This document shows, piece after piece, positions 26,296-38,749 of a stretch of DNA of 64,000 nucleotides. Below the pieces are notes generated by a model that was given only the letters and a program-made list of their open reading frames with translations, was not told the DNA's origin and ran no database searches. This stretch comes from Takakia lepidozioides. Its lineage: Eukaryota > Plantae > Bryophyta. How positions within the stretch are numbered: position 1 is the first letter of the stretch; each line of letters begins with the position of its first letter. The translations under genes were made by a program, and so were the position numbers. The stretch is taken from contig CM060732.1 in assembly GCA_030704615.1 (NCBI GenBank), positions 4,278,001-4,342,000 of the forward strand, given 5' to 3'.

Positions 26296-29200
26296 ATGGC
26301 GGAAAATCCGAGCGCTACAGTGTACTGCCCTCCTCACGAGCATAGAGCTTCATTTCCGTGCAGAGGGGACATCTGCCGTGTGATGGAGAAATATTTGTGC
26401 ATTCGTTACCACCTGAAACCGGGGTCGGTTTTTTTGGAGGAGGAAAGGAAGGACTCAAACGGCGTTGTTGTCGAGAGTATTGTTGTGCTCCACGATGATT
26501 TCGGCGATGGCAGGGAATGGCGAGTTCCACCATCGGACAACGTCATATATAGGGCTGTTGGGGACTTCATTTGCCCGCCAAATGCACCTTCTATCCTGGC
26601 GTCTTCCACGAAACAATCCGCGAATCAGAGAGTGGGTACCTCAAAGAGAGAAGTCCGCAACGAAGTAAATCCAGAGCCCAACCCATCAATGAAGACGAGC
26701 GAGAACCGGGTTGTTCACAACCTGTCCGACTCCAACGAGGTCATGGAAGTTCCGAGATCGTCCTGGAGATCAGGCAAGTCCTCAATGGACGTCAGTGGAC
26801 GAGGGAGTCATATTCCCAGCACGAGCACCGCAGTTCGATCCATTCTTGAAATTCTGCAAGGGCTTCACATGGATGGACACCGCTCGGAGCTGGCTGGGCT
26901 GGACTACAGCAAGTTCACAATTAAATCGGTTACATGCCTTCCCGCAGACGTCGACGGTAATATCTTCTTTGAGTTCCCTCCTCGGACGGACTACTCGAGG
27001 GCGTCCGGAATGTTGACAGATATGGATAGAAAACATGACGTTCATCCTTGGTGTGTCACCAAAACCACCAGCATGAAGATGCTCGATGGTGTGCGGATAC
27101 GCTACGTTGTTTGTGCGGGCGCGTTGCGGTGTTTCTCCCCAACTTGCTTCCATTTTAAATCCAGAGGTCACAGGAACGAGACCGATTGGACAGGCACAGC
27201 TCATCAACCATTTCGAGCTCAGGAGAAGGTTCCGAACTCCACATTTAAGTGTGCGCATTGCAAAGAACCACCACACTGCATGTCTGTTTGTAATGCCAAG
27301 CAGTTCTATGTGTTGCACCATTTCCCTGACCTCACCCGAGCTTGCATACACGTTTGGTTCCCATTGTCACAAATTGGCAAGGGGGAACTCGTGGGAGGCT
27401 GCCCACGAGGCAGAGCAGCTCATTCAGGAGGAGGTTAAGTTGAGACCGGGTGCCAAACCCAAACAGATACAGCTCCAAGCCGCCCATAAGATCGCATTGG
27501 CCAGAATTATGTCGGAAGACGGCTCCGATAGAGTTCCTCTCGATGACAAGGAAATGGAGGCATTGCTGGAGTCGGTGTCCCACGTCTGTTCACCGAATGT
27601 CCGAAACCACATTGTCTCATGCAAACAGAAAATTGGGCGTGGCTCGGATATGCACTCCATTCTGGAGGTGAAGCGACGATGTGGATATGACTACATTCAT
27701 GGAAGTAGGTTTCCAGGACAAGGGACTGAGGCAGATCGTTGTTTCATATTCAAAATGTCCACGTGTGGACCTGGCAGCGGCGTCCAACTGGTCGACAGGA
27801 TGACGAGTGGGGACTTGTCAAACAGTTGGGTCATGTTCGACCATATCAAGCGAATTACAAATCACCAGTGGGTGACAATGGGTGCACATGTCTACGACAC
27901 CCACTGCAGGATGCTAATGACAATTGCTATTTGTGAGATGAAAGGAGAGGACACACAATTGGAGATGCTTCTTTGGCAGGGAATAAACGAACAGATGGCC
28001 AAGGCGGGATTGACCCCTCCCAATTTCCGTGGTTTCATGGCGGACAACGCACAAGCAAATTGGGCTGCCATCCGAAGGGTGTACGGGCAAGACCCCAATG
28101 TTCCCATGGAAGGCAAGGAGAGATCTTGTGGGTTCCATTTTCTGCAGAGCCTTTCGCAGTACACAACCAAGCTCGTGGCGCCAGATTTCAGAGAGGAGCA
28201 CCGTTCCATGTGTCTTGCGTGGAAGCGCGCTCCCACCTTGGATGATGCAGAGACACAGTTTGCATGTATACGGGCTTGGTGGACATCGTCAGGTGCTGTA
28301 AGGAAATCAGACGAGGGAGCAATGGTCAGTTGGCTAGCATGGTGGCATTATCGTTTCCTCCAGTTCGGCGACTATATGCGGGAGGTGAGTTGCACGAATT
28401 CGCGTCCCGTTGAATATTATTCTTGGCATTATTTGTAATTTGCTTCTAACCTCAACATGTGCTTGTGCAGGAAATGTGTCTCGACTCCGACACCGACATG
28501 CCCACGACAAACATGGCCGAATCAGTGCATTCTTCCTGGCGTGCCTCCTCTGCGGCGCATCTGGTGGACATCCTTACTGCCACAACGGAGGACATTGTGA
28601 GGTCAATTATGCAGCAATGCAGGTACAACGAGTTCTTGAAAGGGAAACAGTGGGGCTTGGGGCCGGACAGGCAGGAAATGCTGATGCGGACTGCCTCCAG
28701 ATCAAAGAATCCTCAGAAGTGGACGGCGGCCTTACGAGAGGGCCTTCGGGACACGCCATTGCTTCGAAGAGGCCAACATTTGGAAGGAGATGTTCATACC
28801 TGTCCAGCGAGACGAAGACTTGACGAGGCACCTGGCGGGGAAGAGGATTCATGGCGAGCTGACAAAAATATTTGCACGCTCCCTCGTGGTCCTGTGATGT
28901 TGCCCGAGGAGGTCTCGTCGAGCACCGCAAGTCCTGCACGTTCAAGATCGCCATCTCCTTTGAGCACAGGGCACGTGCCCGGGCAACATAACGAGCCATC
29001 TGTAGTAAAGCAGTACAACATTCCCATTGTGGAGACAAGAGTGTCGGAGTCACAGTGGAGGATTACAAGGACATTGTCGGCATTTCGAGGGAAGTGCTGC
29101 GCCATTCGGGTGGATACGAGAGCACGCTGTGGTGAGATAATTCGGAGGAACCCACACAGTGCTGTACCTGCACCTTGTTTCAGCGGCAGATTTTTGACTC

Positions 29201-29889
29201 TCACATTTGCTCACGCCACAATGCAAACGTTTTGGTTCTGTAGGCACGACATAATGACCTGTGTATTTGGCAAGCCCAAGTACGGGATTCAGGGAATGCC
29301 GGAGCCTCCGGGTGTCTGGCCTGTTGCACTAGGTTGCAGCCTCTCTCAGAATGAGGCAGATGCTCTATCTGCAGCAGGATTTTGAATGGTGCAACGCACA
29401 GACGTCCCGGCCCACGCATTTCCAGTTCCTCAGACCCAGCCATTGCAGACTGCTCGGTCCAGTAGAGACGGATTGGACAATTCTGCACATCCCACAATGC
29501 GATTCGGAAGAGTGAAGAGACGACACCCTCCCAACAAGTTGAATGAGACTCAGATTGCCAATGCTCTTGGGATGGCTTGCACTATTCAGAGCTCCGTGGA
29601 CGTACCTCCACCCGGCCTTGGGCGTGTTTATCGGATGGCAACGGCCGGCTCGGCTGTACGCGACGATGTATACACAATTACGATTAGAGTGGAGCCGACT
29701 TGCAATTGTACGGACTTCTCGTTGATCGAAGCAAAAAAGGGTTCAAAGTATTATCCGTGCAAGCATCTGTATTACATTTACCTGAAGAGGTTGAGGATGA
29801 ACGTGACTATTGATGACTTTATTCATGCACCGGCGTTGAGCGTGAACGAGCTGCACAAACTCCTCCTTAGGGATTCTAGAAATCATTGA
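26296..29889 (+). pseudogene. Mutator-like transposase (GCM/WRKY-like Zn finger, MULE DDE, C-terminal SWIM), near full length
   Basis: ATG at 26296; CAGALRC..C..CAHC..C..GSHCH; FDHIK, FMADNAQANWAAI, CGFH, TTNMAESVHS; CNC..CKH SWIM; phase-0 intron 28385-28470; one frameshift near 27355 and one in-frame TGA at 29383. Confidence 0.9.
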
Positions 29890-30039
29890 TGGGGCAAAGG
29901 GAATCCTTCATATGGATATTTTCAATTGCATTTTCATGTATCAGACTTTTTTTTGCAGTGTAATGAAATGTATCCCAAAACTCCTGGAATGAGGTAATAT
30001 TCCATTCAAACTGAGATCCAGCAGAAGCAGTTGTGGGGC

Positions 30040-30350
30040 CATTTCTGGAAAAATGGCGCCGAATTTCTCTATTTTGGGCCGAAAACTGGCTAAGTCCCAA
30101 CATGCAGTGGTACCCCTGTGTTTGGAAAAATGGCGCCGAATTTCCCTATTTTGGGCCGAAAACTGGCTAAGTCCGAACATGCACGGGAACGATGTCTGGA
30201 AAAATGGCGCCTTACACACCTGTCATGAGGGGACCTATAGCCACGGTATTCGGCACCATTTTTCGCCAGAGAGACCTATTACCGCGAAATACGTCGCGGT
30301 TTTTTCCGGTTACGGACCCTATTACCGCGAAATTCGGCGCCATTTTTGCA
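30040..30350. repeat. Subterminal degenerate copies of the AAAATGGCGCCGAATTTC motif
   Basis: Four to five copies between the transposase stop and the right terminus. Confidence 0.75.
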
Positions 30351-30542
30351 CATGTCGCTGGGAATTGGCATGAGCGGAAGACGAAATATCATGAGCACAA
30401 CTCTCAAAACTACAATTTTCCCTTCAAGGTGCCGAATAATATATTTGTTTTTTCTGACACATTGCATTAAATTAATGTTTTATAATGTTTTTTATTTTCG
30501 AAATTTGTACTTCTGCTCATGAAAACCGATTGTCTTGCTACT

Positions 30543-30590
30543 CCGCTCATGCCGCTCATGCCGCTCATGCTCATGAAATAGCTAACCTCC
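30543..30590 (-). repeat. Right terminal inverted repeat of the element
   Basis: Reverse complement GGAGGTTAGCTATTTCATGAGCATGAGCGGCATGAGCGG matches the left terminus at 38528 (GGGGGCTGCTATTTCATGAGCGGCATGAGCATGAGCGG). Confidence 0.8.
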
Positions 30591-31647
30591 TCTATCCAAA
30601 TCTAGGGTCCTTCGATTATGGTGTTTTTGAATTGGTTCTCTAAAGGTAAAGGCCACCTGAAGTTCAAATATGATTCCAGTGTTACACAGTGGATTGATGT
30701 TGAGACCATAATCTTAACAGTGACTATGACATTTTAACCATCTCAGAACTTATATTCTTTAGATCCAAGTGATGTTGCGGCTTTGAATGAGTTTGTGGCT
30801 AATGAAAATTAAACTTTTCTTTGGGTCCGGCATTTGACTTATGTATGGAATGTTGTTTGTGTACATGCTTTGAATTTTGCATGGATTGGAGTTTGCTGCT
30901 TGAGGTCCAATGGCACGGAGGCACAGTACGCAACAACCCCCTTCTCTTCCTGGGCATCCTCAAATTCGGCCACTCGAACCCTCAACACCATTAACTTTGT
31001 CCAGACAGGTGTTGGACTCTGTTTTCTTGTCACAGCGTAGAAATACACCCAAGGCCGGAGGGTGGGGGGGGGAGTTCGAATAGGCCAGCTCAAGGTGGCT
31101 TGGCCATCCGCTCACGGCCTAATTGTCTGATGAAGACATTTGCACTTCCAAAAGCGTTCAGCACAATGATAGTGGACGGGGTAGAGAAGGTGATCGTGAC
31201 GGCGATCAAAGACTTGTTTTTTATTGTATACCTAGATGGGAATATGCGATGGGGTGATGTACACATATTTACAGCACATTGTACTTGCCGCTGTATGAGA
31301 CCCCGGAGAAAATGAAGCTGAAACTGACATATGGAACTCTTCACTCGGATGGTGCATTTGGAGATATATGAGAAGCAAGCGCTCACCAAGTTGTCCTCGT
31401 ATGTTGATTCACTGGTGCTGTTTAACAACAGTTATGTACACATTGAGGTTTCCTCTCTTGTGACGGCTCATGTATGACTTGACGTCTTCATGTCCTGTGA
31501 GGTGCCTAAAGTTTGTTCAGTTGGCATGGTGTGTGGAAGCAGGAAGCAACAACAAAGAGAGATGTGGCGGGCGAAGTTGCCAGGAAACGGCTTGTACAAA
31601 TGGAGCCTCTTATTTGGTGCGTTAGACATTGATGATGGACTGTAGAG

Positions 31648-33462
31648 ATGCATGAATATATAAAGCAAGAATGTGAAATGAAGAGTAAGAGAAAGGAGAA
31701 GTTGAAGAGGGATAACTATGAGAAAAGATTAGAAGAAATCTTGAAGAAGTATGCCACAGAGGCTGCAACACATTGGAGGAAGGGTGTTTGGTGTGCAAAG
31801 TGCCAGAATGAAGGCCATACCACCACTGAATGTCACATGAAGGAGAAACACTGTACTATCTGTAAAATGGATAACCATTCTACTGAGAATTGTTACTACA
31901 ACAGAAGGACAGCAGCTAGAGAACCTAGGCAAGTAAGGGTGCATCAAGTGCAGCCCCAGCCAAGAAGAAACAGTGATCAGGACCACTATGGTAGGCCTGG
32001 TGGTTATAACAGTGGCATGGAAGGGAGAGGTAATTCAAGAGGGAATTACCAAGGAAATTCCAAAGGCAACTATCAGGGTAATCCAAGGGGGAATTACCAG
32101 CCAAGAAATCAGGATTACAGAAATAATCCTAGAGCAGACCAAGGGCGAGGACCCAATGGTGAAGAACTGTGTTACTATTGTAATCAGGCAGGACATCGCA
32201 AGGCAGCCTGTTCATTCTGGATTAGACACTAGAATGAGATGAGAGCTCCTGTGAATGAGGGCCCAATGGTGGCAGCTCACATGGTTAGGCCACGTGTTGT
32301 ACCAGAAGTAAGTACAATGATACTAACGAGAAGCAAAGCCAAACTAATACCTCCAGTAGATGAGGAAGATGATTATAATGAAGATGGCAGTGATGTGCCT
32401 GAAGATGATGAGGCTTGGAGAGATGAGAAAGAACTGCACAAGGAAGTGGCAGATACCATAAGGGAAATACAGAAGAGTACTGATATTCCTATGGCAGATT
32501 CCTCTGATTCTGAAAGAGAAGAGGAAGTGAATGAGGATGAAGGGAAGAAAGAAGCTGCAGACATGCAGAGTAATGAAGGGACTTTGGCTGAAGTAATATG
32601 CCAGTCCAAAGCGGAGATTACCATTGGACAGCTATTGGCTGTGGCACCTTATTGTAGACACAGGCTGTATCAAGCAATCAATCGAATTGCCCATGTGACA
32701 GGGAACACAGACCTGAACAGCAAGGTGACCAGTTATAATGTGAAGCCGGAAGGGCGAGAAACAGTCATGGACTTTGATGATTCTATGCCAGTAATCCAAT
32801 TGAGAATTGGAAGCACAAAACTAACTGATGTACTGATAGATGGAGGCTCTGGAGTGAATATCATGACAGACCGATTAAGGCAGAAGCTTGGTCTAAGTAA
32901 CATGAAGCCAGCCCCATTTACAGTAACAATGGCAGATCAAAGAAGTGTACAGTCATTGGGATTGATAAGAGGAGTTAAGATACAGATTCAAAAGATGATA
33001 TTTATGATCACAGTAACTGTATTGAAAATGGATGAAGTCATGGAAGCTTACTCCTTATTGTTGGGACGTTCGTGGCTGAAACAGGCCAGGGTATTCCATG
33101 ACTGGAATTCCCAGTTACTAACTATGCATAATGGGATGCACAAGATACAAATTACCACTAAGATATCTAGTAGATTACCTGCTACGAGAAGACCTCGAGG
33201 GGTCAGGGAGTATGACTGGAGGGGAGGACTTGATGAGGAGCAGGAAGCTACCCTGTTCGCTGCACACCCAGAGTGGGAGCAGATTGCAGAGATGCAGTTG
33301 GAAGGCCTAAGTTGTTTAAAAGGTATCTGCTATGGTGTGGTGACAACAACACCAATTGAAGGTGAAAGAAGCAGTTACCCACCACATTTCTATGAAGACA
33401 GAGAAGGAGAAATGGAAATCCTAGAGGAACCAGCCACTGTGAGTTTACAGGATGAAGTGTGA
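31648..33462 (+). pseudogene. Gypsy gag (three CCHC knuckles) and aspartic protease
   Basis: CAKCQNEGHTTTEC, CTICKMDNHSTENC, CYYCNQAGHRKAAC; LIDGGSGVNIM; in-frame stop at 32230. Confidence 0.92.
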
Positions 33463-33584
33463 CTGGTTGGACAATCACAGCTGATGAGCAGGTGAGAGAA
33501 GTGAATGTGGGAATTGAAGAGGAACCGAGGATGGTGAAGGTAGGGGCTGATTTGGAGCCATAATTCTTTGAGGAAGCTAAGAGT

Positions 33585-36050
33585 TTGTTCATCAAATACA
33601 GAGATGTATTTGCTTGGAGCTACGAGGATCTAAAAGGGATACCACCTGAGATCTGTCAGCATAAGATTGAACTGGAACCAGGGTCAGTACCAATCAAACA
33701 GGCAAGGTACAAAATGAATCCCAACTATGCACAGAAGGTTGGAGAAGAGATCAAGAAGTTGGCTGAGGCTAAGTTTATATACCCGATAGAGTATACAACT
33801 TGGTTGTCACCCATTGTGATAGTTCCCAAGAAGAATGGTAAACTGAGAGTTTGTGTGAACTATAAGAAGTTGAATGCTTGCACGAAGAAAGATCCTTTTC
33901 CATTGCCATTCACAGAAGCGGTATTGGACACTGTGGCAGGCCATGAGATGTACTCATTCATGGATGGCTTCAGTGGTTATAATCAAGTGCAAGTGGCAGA
34001 AGAAGACCAGGGAAAGATAGCTTTCATCATAGACTGGGGTGCTTATGCATACAAAGTCATGCCTTTTGGACTTTGTAATGCACCAGCAACCTTTCAGAGA
34101 GTGATAAGTGAATCTTTTCATGAGTATCTGGATGATTTCATGCAGGTGTTCTTGGATGATTTCAGTGTGTACAGCTCTAAGAATGAGCACTTGCATAAAT
34201 TGGAGTTATGTTTGGCCAGATGCAGGATGAGAGGTCTGGGCCTGAATCCAGAGAAGTGTACTTTCTGTGTGAACTCAGGGGTGCTTTTGGGACACATTGT
34301 GTGTAAGAGGGGACTTCTTGTGGATCCCAGGAAGACAGAGGCCATTAAAGCCTCTCCACCACCAGTAAATGTTAAGAGTCTAAGGAGATTCCTTGGACAA
34401 TTCAGTTATTACAGAAGATTTGTCAAAAGGTATGCATAGATAGCAGCACCATTGAGCAAGCTTCTGAAGAAAGATGCAGTGTTTGCATGGACAACTGAAT
34501 GTCAACAGGCTTTTGAAGAACTTACATTGTCAGTAACAACTACACCTGTGCTGATTAACCCTCACTGGCATGTAGTATTTCATGTTCACTGTGATGCCTC
34601 AAGAGAAGCGTTGGGAGCGGTGTTAGCCCAAAATGTTACAAGAAATATAGATTCACCGGTGTATTATGCTAGCAGGTTGATGAACAGTGCTGAAAGGAAC
34701 TATAGCACAACTGAAAGAGAAGCACTGGCAATGATTTATGCAATCAAGAAATTCAGGCATTACCTATTGGGAAGAAAGTTTATGTTTTATGTGGATTGGC
34801 AGTGACCAATCAGATACTACCTTACTCATGGTCAGTGCCCACCTAGTTATGGTAAGGAGCAGAGGAAGAGAATCGCTATCAAGGCTTTACCATATACTAT
34901 GGTAGGGGGCAGAATGTATAAGCTAGAACCTGATGGAGTACTTAAACGATGCTTGTACCACCATGAAGTAAATAAAGTCTTGGAGGAAGTTCATAAAGGA
35001 GTGGCTGGAGGTCATTTTGGAGAAGAGACTACCAGTAGGAAGATACTACTTGCAGGTTACTGGTGGCCTACTTTGTTCAAAGATGTACACAAGTATTGTC
35101 AGAGTTGTGATGAATGTCAGAGGCTAGGACCTTTGCAGAGATCTGGGAAGATGGCTTTGCATCCTACGATGCGTACTGAACCATTTCAGAAATGGGGACT
35201 AGACTTGTTGGACCAATTAACCCACCGGCCAAGAATACACAGAACAAGTACATAATTACAGCCACTGATTATACTACGAAGTGGGTGGAGCTAAAGCTCT
35301 GAGGGACAACACAGCCAAGTCCACATCAAGGTTCCTGTATGAGAGCATACTTACACGATTTGGCTGTCCCTTGGAATTTATCAGTGACCAGGGAAGTCAC
35401 TTCATTAATGAGACCATTGAACTATTGACTAAAGAGTTCATGATTATGCATAGGAAGAGTACAACGTATTACCCACAGGGTAATGGGCAGGCAGAGGCTA
35501 CCAACAAAATATTATGTACTATCTTGGCTAAGATAGTCAATGCAAACAGAACGGATTGGGATACAAAGCTGTTGAAGATTTGTGGTCATACAGGACTTCA
35601 TATAAAGTCACCACTAAGTATACACCATTCCAATTAGTTTATGGTATGGAAGCTTTACTTCCAGTGGAATTCTTGTTACTTACCATGAGAACTGAATGGG
35701 GAAAGAGAATGGAATTGGAAGATTCAATTAAGGTCAGGAAACATGAATTATACCATGTGGAAGAAGTACGTGCTGATGCAGCTGATAACATGACCAGAAT
35801 TCAGATGAAGAGGAAGGAACAGTTTGATGAAGGCAAATTAAAGACTTTTAAGACGGGAGATTTGGTTCTCTGGTTGCAGAAGAAGGGGAAGATTAAAGAT
35901 TATAAGCTTAAATCACCATGGAAGGGACCTTATGTCATACATAAGATGTATGATAACAACATAGTCATGTTACAAACCATTAACAAAGAGATGTTGGGAA
36001 GAGTCAATGCCAATAAGTTGAAGGGGTACAGTGGTATCCATGACAAACCA
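33585..36050 (+). pseudogene. Gypsy pol: reverse transcriptase, RNase H, integrase
   Basis: MPFGLCNAPATFQR, VFLDD; HCDAS..YYASR..EREALA; H..GGH..CQSCDEC; SDQGSHF, GQAE; WKGPY. Confidence 0.95.
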
Positions 36051-36979
36051 TTGCAGCACGATTTGCATGTTGAAACGCAAAAGCAGTCACAGACTGCGCC
36101 AGTGATACCAACGGAGTATGGAGCACTTGTTGCTAAGCCGAGCATATATGACCAGGGCGGAAACTACAGGTGTTTGCATACCTATCACGGCCCATCACAG
36201 CGTGACACAGCCTATCACAGCCCATCACAGTGCCACACAGCCTATCACAACCCAACACAGCCCATACAGATTACACAGTCCATAAGGTCACTGACAGGTG
36301 GACGCGAATTAACGTTAGAAAAGTGGCCATCAAGTGAAGAAAAAGTTTGGAAGTCAAACTTGGAGAATGTGCCACGCGGAGAGGGGAAGACGGGGGCATG
36401 TTTAGAAACAGACACGTGGCGGCTAAGGCGAAGCACACCGCGCTGCATCGATTGCAAAAGTGAGTTTCATCATGCAAGAGGACAAATCGGGCCGTCAAAG
36501 TACCTACCCGGTACAACAACTAATACTAATTGTGGGCACATTAATGCATTTAGGGTAACGGAACCATTTTCGAGTTCAGAAAATGGAAACCTATGCCACA
36601 TGTGCTGTCCTACTGGACATTCCAGGTGGAAATGTCCATGGAGGGGGGTGGAATTAAGGAATTATCTAAGCAGTCCACAGCCAATCAGGAGTGAGAATTA
36701 CATGTAGGTGGTTCCCACCAAGAAACAAGAACAAGAAATAAGAAGTGTTATGAGCGGAAGAGTCGGAGTAGCTCTGAATAGCCAAGCTCTCGACGGAAGG
36801 GGCAATCAAAGCACTAGCCTGGTAGCTATGGCAGATGTAACCGATTACACACTCGCTTTACTTCTCACGCAGTGGCGCAAGGACGGACGCATTGAGAGTA
36901 TATTTTCTCTCACTCGTTACTTGCAAGCCCCACAGGCTTACACGCACTTACCTGTTCCATTTTGTGCCAACCATACCTT

Positions 36980-38141
36980 CATGCTCTGTGCCCTGCAAGC
37001 TTTCCTTCAGCTCTTTCAAACAAAGCCTTTCTGTTTGTCTAGAATGAAGAGAGTGAGGGGAATGGAGGATTTCAGGGTGAAGAGCACCACGATACTGCAG
37101 AAGCAAACAATTGCAGCACCGCAGGCAGTACAACTGCTAAGGGAGTTGCGATTGGAGGGGCTGCTACACAAGGACTGGTCCTTGCATCATCGGCAGTTCA
37201 TGATACAATTTCTTCAGAACTTTGAGCCTCGGACGGGAGTTACTCAGGTGAGGGGAGTAGATATAGAAATTACTCCCCAGTACCTGCAGCAATTGTTTGA
37301 TTTGCCATCAGGACATGTGGATGTGGATGAGCACAGGGCAAGATTGCAAATAGGGAATTTGTTCCAAGAAGGGAGTTTCTTTAAAACTCAAGGTTACGCT
37401 TGTACCAAAGCCGAGTACCCAGGGCTTAGGGAAGTTGGCCAAATATTGAACGTTTTGTTTGCCATGAAACAAAACTAACAGAATTTGAGCAGGTCATTCA
37501 CAGAGGAGATCCTGAAGGCTTTGAGGGGAGAGGATGTCGCTTGGGCGGAGTTAATGTACAATGGACTGGTGGACGAGATGAAGAGGTTACAGGGCACTGC
37601 TCCTAAGTCTCCGATCATTGTGTCTGGTCCAGTCATTGCCCAAATAATTCTTGATTCTTGCATACTTGATACTCAGGAACGTAAGGAGATGGGAGTGTTT
37701 GAGGCAGAAACCACTACAATTGAAGAGCAGGGCTCTTCACACAGTGAGGGTGGACTGGCAAGGCAACACCAATCTAAGAGACAGAGGCGGGGTATGACTG
37801 TAGTGGCGGATCCACTGGCTTCACGGAAACCGCACGATAATGTTTCCAAAGCTCTTGTGGAGGATGGGGCACAACAGCACAGAGAGCTGTTATTATTGGA
37901 AGCACGGCCTTCAGAGAGAGAAGAGGAAGTCACTTCGATACCACAGCCAATACAACCAATTGACTCGGATGTTTTGGAGGTTCCACAGTTACTACATGTT
38001 GTGACTTCACCCCCAATTGCTCTGGAAGGAGAAAGGTTGGACATTCCCACTACAGAGCAGGTTGTGGCCGAAATTGAGAAGGGTGACCTTCTCTATGAAA
38101 ACTCTGGCTTGGTAAGGGAATCAGTGATTCCAGAGGTGTAG
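36980..38141 (+). pseudogene. Extra ORF downstream of integrase (Athila-type additional ORF)
   Basis: FMIQFLQNF..VRGVDIEITPQYLQQLFDLP and VAWAELMY resemble the plant Gypsy additional-ORF domain; one internal stop at 37476. Confidence 0.6.
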
Positions 38142-38290
38142 CGGTTGTCTAGGGAAAACCCTGCTGTGCATGTAATACCCACACCCGTGACGGAGGTACC
38201 AGGGGTAGAATATCAAGACACTGCAGCACCTGTGGCGGATGAGGTGGTTCAGGAAGAAAATCTGGTGGGGCAATGGCCTGAATGGTTGGC

Positions 38291-38528
38291 AAGAGTTTGT
38301 TCATCAAATACAGAGATGTATTTGCTTGGAGCTACGAGGATCTTAAAGGGATACCACCTGAGATCTGTCATCATAAGATTGAACTGGAACCAAGGTCAGT
38401 ACCAATCAAACAGGCAAGGTACAGAATGAATCCCAACTATGCACAGAAGGTTGGAGAAGAGATCAAGAAGTTGGCTGAGGCTAAGTTTATATACCCGATA
38501 GAGTATACAACTTGGTTGTCACCCATTG
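38291..38528 (+). repeat. 238-bp near-identical duplicate of the RT 5' segment 33579-33816
   Basis: Direct comparison shows only a few substitutions. Confidence 0.9.
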
Positions 38529-38749
38529 GGGGGCTGCTATTTCATGAGCGGCATGAGCATGAGCGGAAAAAAAAAAAGCATGAGCAGACCATTGTGAATC
38601 CACGGAAATAGGGTTAGGAGGCACGGAAATAGGGTCATGTGAAGTTGGAATGTGGCACCAGTGGACTTGAAATGCATCATTTTATTGCAAATTTTGTGGC
38701 AAACCACGTCTATACAAGTGTGTTCTAACTGTCATATCCGGAATGGGCA

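Larger units (their letters stand above)
19790..30590. mobile_element. Mutator-like transposon copy A (left end truncated): ParB-MTase gene (-), palindromic arrays, transposase (+), right terminus
   Basis: Collinear with copy B over the ParB gene, promoter arrays and transposase ends; terminal CATGAGCGG-repeat IR at 30543-30590. Confidence 0.88.
31648..38528 (+). mobile_element. Ty3/Gypsy LTR retrotransposon internal region (non-chromovirus, Athila/Phygy-like) with extra 3' ORF; LTRs not found
   Basis: Domain order gag-PR-RT-RH-IN followed by an additional ORF; several stops and frameshifts. Confidence 0.93.

Noticed and set aside
30600-31640. Short ORFs between copy A and the Gypsy gag
   Set aside because: No recognisable motifs, LTR or PBS; left unannotated.
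30590-38528. Treating the two termini as TIRs of one element enclosing the Gypsy
   Set aside because: They face outward (right end of copy A, left end of copy B) and their flanks share no TSD.
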